A DNA stretch of 64,000 nt from Microthyrium microscopicum (lineage: Eukaryota), in the NCBI GenBank assembly GCA_010405405.1, contig MU004241.1, positions 1,213,359-1,277,358 on the forward strand. Reading direction: 5' to 3'. A program made the translations under genes and the position numbers. This document shows positions 11,505 to 25,100 of the stretch, piece after piece (position 1 is the stretch's first letter; every line of letters begins with the position of its first letter). The notes under the pieces are model-generated. The model did no database searches. It saw only the letters and a program-made list of their open reading frames with translations, and was not told the origin of the DNA.

Positions 11505-12275
11505 TCACCAAACGATTGGTTCTCCAAATCTATCTAGAAACTTTCCGCTGTAAGCTGGACCGAATGCATCGAAAAGCTTGACACAATCTCGAACGCTCTC
11601 CTCTGTACTGATTGCACCGTCCTCCTTCCACGCCACAAGCCCAGTTTCTACACGACCAGGATGTATGATAGTAAAGATTACCTCTGTCACATCCAAGCTG
11701 AAGCTCTTGATCACTGCATTGAGTGCTGCCTTCGACGCCCTATATGCATATCCTCCACCAGCCACATTCGCACCCACACTTCCCATCCTTGATCCCATAA
11801 TGATGCAGCGGGGAGGTGGCGCATTGGCGGCTCTGTCGCTATTATAGTTCAATAGATTTGGGATAAGTGTTCGTATTATGTTGAATGTGCCCAGGCAGTT
11901 GATTTGAAAAGTCTTCATCATGGTCGCGGCATCCATCACTTCCAGCATCTCAGCTGCAGCAACGTCTCCTGAGTTTGACCTCACTATTTCTTGGACAAGT
12001 CCACGAATGCCAGCACAGTGAATCAAGAACAAAACAGGAACGCCCACTATCTCAGAACTGAAAGACGCTAGGCTTGCTGTATCGGTTACGTCCAAAGTGA
12101 GTGTACGAATGGCTGTTGATTTCTCCAGATGTGGTGGCAGTATGATTGGCGCTTGATCAATGGCGATGATTGGCCTTGATGGATCTACAGTCGCATAATG
12201 GCTCAAAAATGCTGCTCCTAGACCAGATGCCGCTCCGGTGATGATGATGGCTGCATTGTTCGCTTGACCCATCAT
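11505..12275 (-). CDS. Short-chain dehydrogenase/reductase (C-factor/CsgA-like)
   Basis: TGAASGLG Rossmann motif, GSRMGS, catalytic YRASK, IHPGRVET. Confidence 0.88.
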   Translation of the reverse strand: MMGQANNAAIIITGAASGLGAAFLSHYATVDPSRPIIAIDQAPIILPPHLEKSTAIRTLTLDVTDTASLASFSSEIVGVPVLFLIHCAGIRGLVQEIVRSNSGDVAAAEMLEVMDAATMMKTFQINCLGTFNIIRTLIPNLLNYNSDRAANAPPPRCIIMGSRMGSVGANVAGGGYAYRASKAALNAVIKSFSLDVTEVIFTIIHPGRVETGLVAWKEDGAISTEESVRDCVKLFDAFGPAYSGKFLDRFGEPIVW

Positions 12276-13400
12276 GACCCCACTTGTCTCCCCTTCGCTT
12301 GGATTGTGTGGAAGTTGAAGATATTAGAATGCCGATGAGAATGTAAGTTGACTATTGGGACGAGCAAGATTGAAACAATCTCAATTTGAATCCAAGAATC
12401 AGGTTCCTAGCAGGTGCCAAATGTTTCAAAGATGTTTATGGTCGAGTGTTATAGCGGGAAGCAAAGTTCACGAGAATCTGAACCTTGTTCTATCACGCCA
12501 CGTTGTTTTCAGTGAGACATCCATTCTAAAATAAAAACTAAACGCCAAGCTCCACAAAGCCGCATCAACCTTTAGACAGGATCGCTAGTTTAGACCGAGT
12601 TGGATATGAACTAATTGAAAGAAAGCAAGAAATTCAACAAGGCAGTGGACCGTATCATTTGATGCGTATATCAGGCCAATAACCACATTAGGACAAGACT
12701 CTAGAAGAGCTTTATTCCCAAAAATGACGCCTTGTCAGACAGTCGAAAAGATTTTGAAGTGAAGGAGCTCAGTGCGTATGCTGGAATCGAGATTTTCCAT
12801 AAGCAGCATCTCAGTGAGCATCAAGACAACCACCATGTACCAACGACGATAACTTACACTCAGTCTACGATTGACCAGTTTCTGTGGGCAGGCCATGACT
12901 GAGACTAAGTGAGCAAGATGCAACCTAGTGAAGCGTAAAGTTTGTATGCTTCTGCTCCGTGTTGCTATATCATTTTCAACTCAGACTCAGATGACGACCA
13001 CCTAGAGCCTTAGATGTAAAGTATCTAGTATGATGGATGGAAATCAGATCGTTAGCATTCCCTTAGACAATCTATCAGTTTTTTATATCTTTTCAGGACA
13101 TGGGCTCAAGAAAGCTTTCATGCGCGTTTGAACCATTTCACATTACCTTGATGACTTTGACGTAAAAGGTACTAAAAAAAAATCGCCAAATTTCTCCTGC
13201 TTACGACTCTGATCACTCTTGTCCAGCGACAAGTTAGCTTAATCTTCACAGAATCCTTACTAACAGGTACTACTTAAAGCGGATGTAAACGTCTCATGGG
13301 ATTTCCAAAACCTGGGAACGTACCTTTACATCCACTCAATCGATATTTCAACAAAAGCAATTGCGCTATAAAAATCTCCCATATGCATTCTCCCAATATA

Positions 13401-14229
13401 ATGTCCGGTCCCAAACTCAAACCAAGCATCATCTGGGTCCCGGGTGCTTGTCATCTCCCCAGTCACTACAAGCCATGCACGGACATTCTGAAGTCCAAAG
13501 GCTATCGGACAATTACCGTCAGAACAGCGTCAGTCCGCCAAACAGGGCCCTATCCGAATGGTTTTTCTCAAGATCTAGGAGCCATCGTCTCAGCCATTCT
13601 GACTGAGCTTGATGAAGGCCATGACGTGATTCTTGTGATGCATTCGTACGGTGGTATGCCTGGAAGTGCTGCCGTAGAGGGTTTACTCAAAAGTGACCGT
13701 GAACTCAATGGGCTAGCAGGTGGTGTGATAGGGCTCATCTATATCAGCAGTTATGTAGTCGATGTTGGCGTGAATCCGATGGCGAACGGAATGGGAGCAC
13801 CAGAGGAAGACCAAAAGTCTTTGGTTAAGATTGATGAGGTAAGGAGTGAAACTGTCAATGGTTATAGTCGACTGAATACTAACACTGCATTCGCAGGAAG
13901 GAATGTTGCTGTTTGTTGATCCAGTAGCAGGATTCTATCACGACGTGCAAAAGGACGCTGCTCAAAAAGCGGCCGAGAGTCTTCAGCCTTTTGCAGCGAT
14001 GACACTGAACAAGGAGCAGACATATGCACCTTGGAAACATCTACCCTCCATCTACATCATCTGTGAGGACGACAAGATTCTACTGCCGGCTCATCAGGAA
14101 GCCATGGCAAGCCAAGAAGGTGGATTGTGGACCGTTGTTCGGATGAAAAGTGGTCATTCCCCATTCTTGAGTCAACCAAATGAGCTTGCAGCAGTCATTG
14201 AGCAGGCTGTGCAGAACTTTACAAAATAG
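13401..14229 (+). CDS. Alpha/beta hydrolase (Abhydrolase_6, methylesterase-like), one intron ~13839-13896
   Basis: VPGACH oxyanion loop, HSYGG nucleophile, EDDKIL acid, SGHSPF His. A GTAAGG...CTAAC...GCAG intron joins the two ORF-track fragments. Confidence 0.85.
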
Positions 14230-14415
14230 TAACGAGGGTTGATAAGCGCTCAAAGATGTGATCATAATACGTAGTAATTTCATTAGCTAAAAGTTCTCCA
14301 ATGCCATGTCGCGTCCGGGGTATCCAAGGTATCAAAGCATTACTCATGCAATACGCGGCTACGCATAAAGCCAACGTCAATCGCCAATGAACGTAATATC
14401 GAAAGCAAGATTGCT

Positions 14416-16277
14416 CTATGCTCTCCTGAAATGGTCAGTCATACTACTCTCCGTCGAATCCTCTGCAAGAGATGGGCTGAGAACTAGAATGTTTCTGTGG
14501 CGATCACTCCGCTGTGCTTGTTGAGCGAATGGATTCCTTCTAATCTCTACTCGAGAATATTGGTCTTCCGCCGTGGATGGCCGGCGGGCTGGAGATATTA
14601 TAGAGTCTTGAAGCGGCCACGCATCTGGATCCGGACTTTGCACCCTGGAGTCATTATACCCCATCGGCGAGTTTAGATTCCTGGACCTGGATCCATCGTC
14701 ATGTCGTAAAGGATGCTGTGGTAGATTGGCTGCAGTCTGAGCCGCAAGACTGTTCTCGTGACTCGTTTCGGACTGCCCACTTGAATTACTGCTAATCCAA
14801 CGTGTGAATACATGGCTCATGCTACTGCGGCTCCGAGTTTGCTCTCGAGAGGACCCCATTATTGGACTCATGAAACCACGAACAGGTGCGAGGCCAGGCA
14901 ATTGCGGAGCGGCATCTGTTACAAAAGGCGGCTGTCTTGGGGTATGTTTGACTTCGTATGTAGTCCGGTGGAAGATTTGCAAATCTCTACCTCTTGGGGC
15001 AGCTGAGCCAACGGTGGCAGGTCGCTGAATAGCCTCCATCTTTTCCATGGGTGAGAGCGGATAGGGCGATTTCTCAGAGTCCATACTATACATCTTTCGG
15101 GATAGAGGTTCTGTAACATTGGTGGAATGACCTGAAGTTGTGTTCGCCGTGCCTCGAGAGCGGAATGAATCGAACCTGTCACTGAGTGCAGAAAGTGGGT
15201 TTCGTAGCGATGGATAATAGAAAGCGACCAAAGCTCGTAGCGGCGGTATGCTGGCCGTGATTACACCAAGCTCCACTTCAACTGCAGCAGAAATCCATAG
15301 TGGGTATGAGTACCAAGTCTCATCATATGTTCCAATGAGAGCTTTCCAGATAAAGTATGTCCTGTCAAGTATCAGCACACTTTTCTTGAAAATGGTGTGA
15401 GGCTTACCTGATAACGCCAGCTACTGTCACCGTCAATCCCAAACTCAAGAGGAACGAAACTCCGATTCGTGAACCCATGGGCATATTGAGGCGCATGACC
15501 ATCGGAATCGGGAGAAGAGTCGTTAACAAATCTGCAATACAGTTGATGACCCCAGAGCCTAGTGTGACTCGCCCTTCATTTAGACATTTGTCGCTTTCTC
15601 CAAGAGTCCAATACGCAGCGATTGGTCTAGACAGCCAATTAGTTCCAGCTCGTATATTGAGTGGTGCAGTAACTTACTGGCACTGAAAGATCGACAGCAG
15701 AGTAAAAGCAATAAAGATGGCAATGTTGAACGCCATCGCGCTATGTATTACCCATTTGAACCAGTTCATACCGGTGTTTTTGACGAGACGGTAGTAAAAT
15801 AATAGAAGCGCCATGCGTATAAATGTCACAGCCACAGTGAAGAGGACCTTCGCAGCCATTGCAGTCTTTCCCAGGCCTAGGCGATTCTTAGTTCCTCGTC
15901 GTAAACGATGATAGTACTCATAACTTACTGTGAACAGAAGTCAAAGGAATATCCCAAATGTGTCGATTCCTATTCACCAGTTAGCATGACTGCCATATTC
16001 CGAGAACTCAAAAGGCTCACCAGTAATAGACATTATTGGCCAGCATAACGTTAGCAGCCAGGCCCACGGCAAAAATATAGCCCAAAAGAAGCGATAAGTC
16101 GTCCCATCCTAGCGATCTCTTGATGAATGTGCGACTATAGAACCGCAGAAGCACGAAAATCGTGCATATGACAAGCAGAACTCCATTAACATATAATATC
16201 GCTGGTCCTCGAGTTACTGGATTGGTGTAATTAGGCGGCGGGAATGAGAGAATGACGCTGATAGGAATATCTCTCAT
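14416..16277 (-). CDS. PTH11-like (fungal rhodopsin-domain) GPCR-type membrane protein without CFEM domain; multi-exon, long cytoplasmic tail
   Basis: FPPPNYTNPVTRG, LRFYSR..LGWDD, RHIWD, LLFYYRL, IFQC, DLLTTLLPIP, EVELGVITASIPPLR motifs across GT-AG-separated exons. Confidence 0.85.
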
Positions 16278-18451
16278 GGTTGCGAGTTTTCTAGTGAATC
16301 GAGCAAAAAGCTGCGAGAAACGCGAAGAGTCGGTAGGTATTATCGGAAGCACATTTCCTGATCGCAAGGGCTTATGATAGTGATATCACAAGGCTGGAGT
16401 CTTCTTTCGGAGGTAGGCTGTGGCGAACGACAGTTTTCGAAACAGTAGAAACAACGCGACCTGCAATCCAATGGTGAGAGGAATGATTAACAGTAGGTGC
16501 AAAACGCATGAAGCACAGGTACCGCAGTCGTCTTATTCATTCTCCACATCTGGAGCGCATTGGCCTGCAGATTCTGCGAACAGTTTCCAGCCCATCGAAG
16601 CCACTCACTATACTCTTAAGAGCTTAGTGGTGGTTGGTTCAAAAAGTCAACTTTCGGAACAAGCCATAGTTTTCAATAAGTCTCCAGACATTCCATTGGC
16701 TGCTTATTGTTCTGACATGGCCTTTTTCGTGCGATATATCAGCTGCGATATGAGGGCAAACACCAGAGGCTACGCCATGGAAAGATGCTTGCTTGTTATT
16801 GGTGTTTATATTACTTTGGCGGGGAGCGGACGTGTTCGTGAACTGTTGAGAGGACGATCTTGCGTGTGTCCTAGCTTTAGCAGCTTGGCTTAATCAAATG
16901 AAGCCAAGCGGCTGTTGTGGCGTTGTATAGTATCGTTAATCCCACATCCGATCCTTCGGTTTCACCCAGCCTTTGATATTGATTAACCTGACTTCGCGCC
17001 CTCAGCAATCCTTCGAAGCACATCGTTCGAGGCCATTTGCTTGACACCAGATCCGAACACTTGTCATCCCACTACGGAGTACGGCATCACCAACTGCCAG
17101 TACATGTGATATAGCTGTTGATGTACGCTGCTCCCCGTACCAATGCGTGATCTTCACAGGGTCCCTAAACTTCAGGCAAGGGACCTCAGTGTTCCGAGCT
17201 CATCAAACATTCCGTCCAAAACAATGGTGATGTTAAGAGTCTTCTAGAAAGTGTTTGCACTCACAAATGGCAGCTGCAGCCGCCCGCAGCTTCATCATCG
17301 AGTCAGTGCTTGAAGGGGGTACTCTAGAGCACCCTTAGCCCGACTTTGTACTCTAGCTTACAAACGGCCCGTAACAACGTGAGGGGAAAAGGCACATTAC
17401 CTTAGAGTACCATATTCCCTAAATCTCCTCAAGCTAGGAAACAATCAACGTGCGTAAAGCTGTAAGTTACGGGACCGTAGAAATTGATGGTCAGAATTGT
17501 AGTGTTGACAGTTTCGATTTTTATGTGTGATGCCTGGACCGCCCAGAGTCTTCACGCTGATGTCCAAAGTGTCTTGGTTCTAGCCACTGTACATGACAGC
17601 TTTCATCCGCTTTCAAGTCAGGCCCTTTCGAATCCAAGGTGCTAGCTAATGTAAGCCACAGGATTTGATAGAGTACTAGTGAGTTCTCTGACAAGTTTGA
17701 CAAGTTGGCATTAAATGCTCAATGCGCTGACAAGTTTGTAAGCCTGTCAGTGTCGCTAACGCATGCAACAGCACTGGCGCTTTGTGAATACCGCGAGTCA
17801 ACCATTGCAAGAGGAGGTAGGAGACCTTTGATGAGTATCGTTTTGTTATCCCAGAATCAAGATGGAAAGAGTGTAGTTAGTAAAAGGTGGTTACACAAAT
17901 CGATGGGCGCCTGAGATATTCATGGGTACACGGTATCGTCATGCAGTTCTTGCCGGTAATTTTACATCGCAAAAATTCTCCGAGTGGTTCACCAGCACTC
18001 GCAGGATCCGCATGGTTTTTGTTTCTTGTGAGCGGATCGGAGCACTACCCGATCGATCGTTCGTATATCGTAATTTTCTGGCTTGCGAACCATATTGACA
18101 GCAAATAAGCCAGGGTTTCAGCCAATTATGCTAGTTGTTTTGCCAAAAATCACGATTACTTCATGTCATACCTGTGTAGAAAAAGCTATTACGGGTTAAG
18201 TACATTAGGTCCTTTTTTTGGTCGCTTCTAAACGTTTAACGTGCTATACTAGAGATTAGAAGCAGAAATGCGGTCTTGTCCTGTCGAATTTGTGTCGGTA
18301 ATTTCGTCAATTCGTCGATCTGGAGCGCCAATAGCCAACTCTAGCAGAATCTCGAGCCAATCTGCAGTATTACTCTTTCACAAACCCAGTCTCAATTTTA
18401 CCATACTCATGAAGTATTGGGGTTTCAGGTTACTGTCGGAGGAGTGCAAGC

Positions 18452-20340
18452 TCACTCGCCTGAAAGACCAAGATCCATGCTGGCTTCGACCACACGAAGA
18501 GTGTTGGTGTGGCCCATACCTCCGCGCCAACCTTGAACGCAGATGACAGGGTCGCCCTTCTTTAAGACGCCGAGTTTGATCGCATTCATAATGCCCCAAG
18601 TGAGACGGCGATCAACGTCCTCCTGCCATGGGACTTCAGTGAAATCGGGCTTCTCCTCTGGGAAGAGGAACGGATACACGCCACGATACAAATGAGAGTA
18701 CTAGCCTGATGTTAATTGATGCATTTTTTGGGCAATGGGAAGCTACTTACTCTTGCAGCGCGGTCATTTCGAGTGACCATGATGATGGGGCAAACTGGTC
18801 TGTATTTGGAGACAAGTCGAGCGGTGGAGCCACTATTGTCGTGTTATTAGCAGTTGAGCGACTAAGTTTGCGTTCCTTCTTACCTGGTGGTCAGCACAAG
18901 AATGCAGCCAGCATTCTGTTCTAGACTTGCGCTAACAGCAGCCATGGCACAGGTCTCTGTAGTCTTGACAGGCACTGGTGCAACACGTCTCAATTCATCA
19001 AAGTGACTGATGTATGGAATTGCAACTTCTGCCAACAGACATGTCTCGTGCATCATGCTTACAGCCTCATTTGGATAGTTTCCTTTGGCAGTCTCACCTG
19101 AAAGCATGACACAATCCGCGCCATCGAGAACGGCATTTCCGACATCGCTGACTTCAGCGCGAGTTGGTCGAGGGTTGTAAGTCATAGACTCCAACATCTG
19201 GGTAGCGCAGATGACTGGCTTGCCAGCAACATTGCACTTGGTGATCATCATTTTTTGGGCAATGAACACATGTGCTGGAGGGATTTCGATACCCAGATCA
19301 CCTCGAGCAACCATGACACCGTCAGTTGCAGCCAGAATCTCATCAAAGTTGTTTACTCCCTGTTGGTTCTCGATTTTTGCGATGATTTGAACGTCCTTGC
19401 CATCTTCGCCGAGAACTTCACGAATTGCCGTAATGTCGCTAGCTTGTCGAATGAAAGATGCAAACACCATGTCAACCTTGTTCTTGACACCAAATCGAAG
19501 ATCTGCTTTGTCCTTCTCGGAAAGGGGTGGAAGGTCTACATCGGTTTTGGGGAGGTTGACACCCTTTCGCGAAGCAATGTTTCCATTGTTGACAGCACGT
19601 ACGCGAATCGTCTTATCGTCGACAACATCTAGAACCTCAAATGAGAGTACACCATCATCGACAAAGATGACACGACCCTTGGTGATCACCTTGGTAATGT
19701 TCTTATAGTCGACATACCTAATCACAAGTCAGTGTCGAAGATATAGATAAGGGATGAGGTTCGTACATGTTGTCGCCATCGCAGGCAGCCGCATACTTGT
19801 CGTCCGTGGTAATGTTTAGCTCGTGGCCGGCCTTGATAGGAATGTCCTTATCATCGGCAGTTTGTCCAGTTCGAATCTCTGGTCCTTTCTGATCTTTTAT
19901 CAGCAATTGGATTTGAACAAAAGAGCGGCATGACATACGGTATCAAGAGCAATGGCAATAGGACGACCAGGCATCTCCTTTTCGGCATTGCGAGCGTTAT
20001 CAATGACAGATTGATGGTACTATTTGTGTTTGGTCAGTCGACTTCAAACTATACAAGTGCAACAAGACATGCCTCGTAACTTCCATGGGAGAAGTTCATG
20101 CGAACAACGTTCAATCCATGTTTTCGCAGCTCGTTGATTGCCTTGACAGAGTTTGTTTTCGGGCCTAATTAGTGAGTTAGGCCAAGGGCAGTATATCACT
20201 CAAGTCCGACATAACTGACCAATTGTGCAGATAATAGAGGTACGGCGATAGTTTCTTGCGGGCTGATACTCAGTATTTAGCTGAGACAGCCACTCGACTC
20301 GAGTCCGACCGGCGTTCAAATGATCCAATGCGTTGGCCAT
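18452..20340 (-). CDS. PYK1: Pyruvate kinase, six introns inferred
   Basis: [81 protein letters not shown]. Confidence 0.97.
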
Positions 20341-21112
20341 GGTGAAGAATGTCGATTGCGGATTAGAAGTTGGGAGCAGAAAGTCTTGGTAGTGGAGTCG
20401 GTGAGTGAAGCAGGAGGCAGAGTTTTTATACTCTGGAGTGGGTATCCCAGAAGCTGAAAGGTTTGTAGTTCGTAGAGAAGAAGAAGAGAGGTAATGGGAG
20501 GATTGCAAGACAAGAAATCGCGCAGAGAGGCTACAGTACCGTACAATCAGTGGAAAGAGGAAATGTCTCGTCCAAGTCGAGTTACCTTACGTCAAGGCTG
20601 AAGATATCGCCCTGGTCAAGGAGGGGTGGATTTAAGCAGCGCTGCAGCTTTTACAGGGAAGCTTTCCTCACCAAAGCTCCACAGCTCTTTCAATCCACCA
20701 AAAAATATGCGGAATTACCCCCACTTGCTAATTATTTCCTCACGCCTGAGGGCAATTGGTCGCTGCCATCGTTGTGGGTTCACTGTTGCTCTTTCCTTGT
20801 TGAGTCACCCCACTCGCGTGGCTAGTGAGATGTGGCACGAAAAGCGCGATCAATTGTGGCGCTAGTAAATTTCCAAGGTTCCTCTAGTTCTGACTGGAGA
20901 GGGTCGGCAGCCAAATTCCTAGGATTTCGACTCTATATTTACTACAGATTTTCACTGTAGATCTACGCTAGAATTAGCCTAGCCCCTAACATCTTCTAAT
21001 ATTAAATTATAGAAACTACCCTTATAGTAATTACCCCTATAAACGTTTTTATGCTATAACTTTATAGTATTTCTATTAATAATCTACGCCCTAAAGCTAA
21101 AAATAGTCTAAA

Positions 21113-21875
21113 ATAGACGCTAATAAGAAGGTTCTAATCGTAGAAGTAGTAGTAATACTAATCTTAGTATTAGGGTATTATATTATAGTAGGATTCTTAT
21201 ACTAATATATATCTAGGCTCCCTATTAAATATATAAAGTTTAATTAGAGTCTTAAAAATATATTAGAGTCTAAAATATAGTTATAATATTAATATACTAA
21301 GAATTAGTATTAAAGAATACCTATAGTACTAATTAGTATATAATAGCTTTTTAAAGCATAAAATTAAGATATTATCTTACTTAATAAATCTTAATAATCT
21401 AGAGCTACTAAAGTAATATAATCCTTTAGAGAAAGGTTACTTCTTATTATATTTAGTCCTAATATAGCTATTCTAGAATTACTATTATTTTAATATTTAT
21501 AAACGCTTTAGTAGAAGTATAATATACCTAAAGGATTACTTTAATAAGACTATTAAATATCTTAACTTTAGATATTCTAAGTATCTAAAATTCTACCTCC
21601 TAATTACGCCTAAGCGCTACTAATAGTACTCTAAGATAATCTATTATAATAGCGATTAGGATATCTTTTAGAGTTATATTAATAGTACCTATATTAATAT
21701 TTTAAAGCTAAAGAGTTAAATCTAGAGATATTTATATAAGGGATATAAAGAGAAGCATAATTTAAAGTTCTAAGTAGTCTATTCTCTTAATAGAATAATA
21801 CTTACTATTAATAGTCTTTATCTAGGTATAATAAACAATCCTAGAATATTAATTTAATTAGACTTATTAAATTAT
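21113..21875 (+). pseudogene. Harbinger transposase, 5' part (RIP-mutated)
   Basis: Reversing C>T/G>A changes at 21663-21875 gives IFWGYIDGTHIDI.KP...QRHLYKGYKEKH.LKFQAVCSPDG...V.GPYPG..ND..ML..S.L, the Harbinger/DDE_Tnp_4 core. Confidence 0.8.
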
Positions 21876-22193
21876 TATTACGAACTCTTACAGACTTGCT
21901 ATAAAGGCGTAGATATCTTGCTATTTCCTTACTCTTTCTACTCTTATAGTACGTTATAGGAAGGCTTTTTGCTAGTAAACTACTAGGTTAATATAGATAG
22001 TACTTACTTTCTACTATAATAAGATAAAGTTAAATATAGCTAAGGATAAGAAGGAGAGGTAGCCTTATTAAAGAGAAGATAAAAAGGAGTATAAATAAAG
22101 GAGTAGACTTAATTTCTAAGAAGATTAAGTATTAATCTTATCTTAATACTAGTTTTTAAAATCTATTTTCTTTATTTTAAACTATCTTTTATA
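21876..22193 (+). repeat. 5' LTR of Ty3 element A
   Basis: Colinear with 37885-38202; the differences seen are transitions. TATA-like TATAAATA at 22090. Confidence 0.88.
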
Positions 22194-25100
22194 ATTCTAA
22201 TACTTCTTAACGTACTATATAATTATAAGCCTAATAGATTCTTGTAATAATAAGGAGTATAAGGAACTTTAATAGAAGCTAAGACTAAAATAATAAAGAT
22301 AAAGACTTAGATAATAATAATAATAATAACTTAAGTTAATATAATAGCTTACTACTACTAATAGACTTAGAAGCTACCTTAGTTACTCTTTATATAGTAA
22401 TAGCTTAAATTAACGAATAAGAATAAGTATATATAGCTAAGATATAATAGCTTTATAATAAGATTATAATTTTGTTATAAGCCTTATAATAGAATCTTTC
22501 TCCTTTTTTTTAACTAAGAGAACTAAAACTTACTAACCTTATAGTTCTTTAATATAAAATTTAATAAGAACTTATTAACTAGACTATAGGTATAAAAAAC
22601 GCTTTTTATCTAGCGCCTTCTTAATTTACTATATAAGAGAGCTATATCTAATAGGCTAGCTAGTTTATAAGCCCTAACTTATAAATATAATAGAACCTAA
22701 AGAAGAAAAAGATTAAGCTACTAATATAGACTTAGAAGAAGTTTATAAAATAGCTTTAATATTAATATACTTACCTTACTATAGTAAAACTTTTAGTTAC
22801 TAAGAAACTTAAAGAAGCTAAGTAGTATTCTATTTAGACTTTTATAGAGTTTAATACCTACTTAGACTTACTAAAGACTTAACTTAGTATTAATATAACT
22901 TATAAAGGAGATAAATAGTACTTAAAATTCTTTATTAAGCTAATTCTAAAACTATAGAAATAGATTAAATTAATAGAGTATATCTTAACTATTAGGCTTA
23001 ATATAGTTAATACTATTAAACGCTTTTAGTAAATTACTTATAAGCGTTTATAAGAAAACCTAATAAGTAATAGTAATACTTAACCTTTATAATTAAATTA
23101 TAATCTATAAAGTAGCTAAGGTAAACGACGAAGTTATAAAAATTATATAAAATATATACTATTAACTTATTTACTAGTAAGTATAAAGCTTAGGAAGAAT
23201 AATAAAATATATAAGAAAATTACTTATTATAATTATAATCTATTTAGATATTATATAAATAAGTATAATAAGCTTCTAAGAAGCTTTTAGGCTACTTAAG
23301 GGTAGGAAAGTTTTTTAAGATAGAGAGGTTACTTAGAATATAAAGGCTAAAGAAGGAACCTAAATACTATTTTTTTTTTATTAGGATTTAGAATTAATCT
23401 AAGAAAAGAGTAAGTATTATAAAGGTTAAGAACTCTATCTTTATAATACTAGATTAGACTATAGGAATATAGATTTAGATAATAGCTAATCTTCTTCTTA
23501 CTATAGGAAACTAATCTATAAATATTTTTTTAGATACTAGTAGTTAAATTAATATTATTAATAAATAACTTACGTAATGCTATAGACTTAAGAAAGTAAT
23601 TATAGAAAGTATTTAAGCTATAGGTTTTATTAACAATATAATAAGAAGTAAATATTATAGTATATACTAGTTATATTTTTATTATAAAGACTTCTTTAAT
23701 ATCTATAAAAACGTTAAATACTATTTCTTTTCTTTTAATTAGACTAAATATACTTATCTTATAATATAAGGGACTCCTTTATAAAAAAAATATAATATCT
23801 TTATCTACCTAGGGTAGAAGAAGTAGCTATTTAAGAAAGAGAAGCTAAAATATAAGATTATAAACTAAAATATATTTAAGGAAAGGCTATAAGAATATAG
23901 TAAAGTATTTAAACTAACTATAAAATTTAATAAGTACTTATACTTAAATAGTAGAAAGATAGAGATCTCTAGTATTAGCTTTAAACTAAGTTTATAGGCA
24001 AATATTAACTTAGAAAATAGGCTACTATAAGAGCTATAGAATCTAGTCTCTTAAGTTAAAGCTAGGGATAAGAATAAACTTATTTTTAAAGGTATTAAAT
24101 ATACTATTAAGATAATTAAGAACCTTTCTTTTAGACTTATCTATAACTTATTAGTAATAAAACTTAAAGTATTATAGAAATATCTTAAGTTAGCCTTTAA
24201 AAAAGGCTAGATTTAGGAATTAACTAGCCTAGCTAAAGTATTTATACTTTTTATACCTAAAAAGGATAAGGAATTACGACTTTATATAGACTATTACTTA
24301 CTTAATATAGTTACTATTAAGAATTATTACTTACTTTCCTTAATTAGTAAGATATTAAATTAACTTAGTAGAGTAGTATACTATACTAAGATAAACCTTA
24401 AGGACGCTTATATTTAGATATTTATTAAAGAATAAAATTAATAGAAGATAGTATTCTATACCTAGTATAAATATTATAAATACTAGGTTATATTTTTTAG
24501 ACTTACTAATACTTTAGCTACTTTTTAAGCCTATATCTATAAAGTATTAGTAAGACTCTTAGATATTATTTATATTATTTACCTTAATAATATTCTTATC
24601 TTTTTAAAAATATATAAAGATTATATTTATAATATATATACTATATTAAAATACTTACTAGCTACTAAGCTTTATATTGATTCTAAGAAGTACTAATTCT
24701 TTATTAATAAAATAGAATTTCTTAGGTTTATAGTTTTTATAAAAGGAGTAAAAATAGATTTTAGCTAAGTTAAGTTTATTATAAAGTAGCTAGAGCTTAG
24801 GAGCTATAATAATATATAAGTATTTATTAGCTTTATAAATTTCTACTATAGGTTTATTAAAAGCTACTTAAAAATAGTAAAATTCTTAACTAATTTACTT
24901 AAGGATATATAACTTAGAAAGAAATATAGACTTTTTATATAAATAAAGGAGATAGTATAAGTATTTTATATACTTTACGTAGTTTTTAGTAAAGTTCTTA
25001 TTTTTATATATTTTAACCTAAAAAAAAGGATCTATTTTAAAATAGATACGTTCTAATATACTATTATAAGTATCCTTTTCTAGCTATAGAAAGATAGCTA

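Noticed and set aside
16420..18400. 157-aa ORF and smaller ORFs between the PTH11-like gene and PYK; near-palindrome GGGTACTCTAGAGCACCC at ~17317
   Set aside because: No motifs or convincing splice structure; probably a long promoter/UTR region. The short palindrome could be chance.
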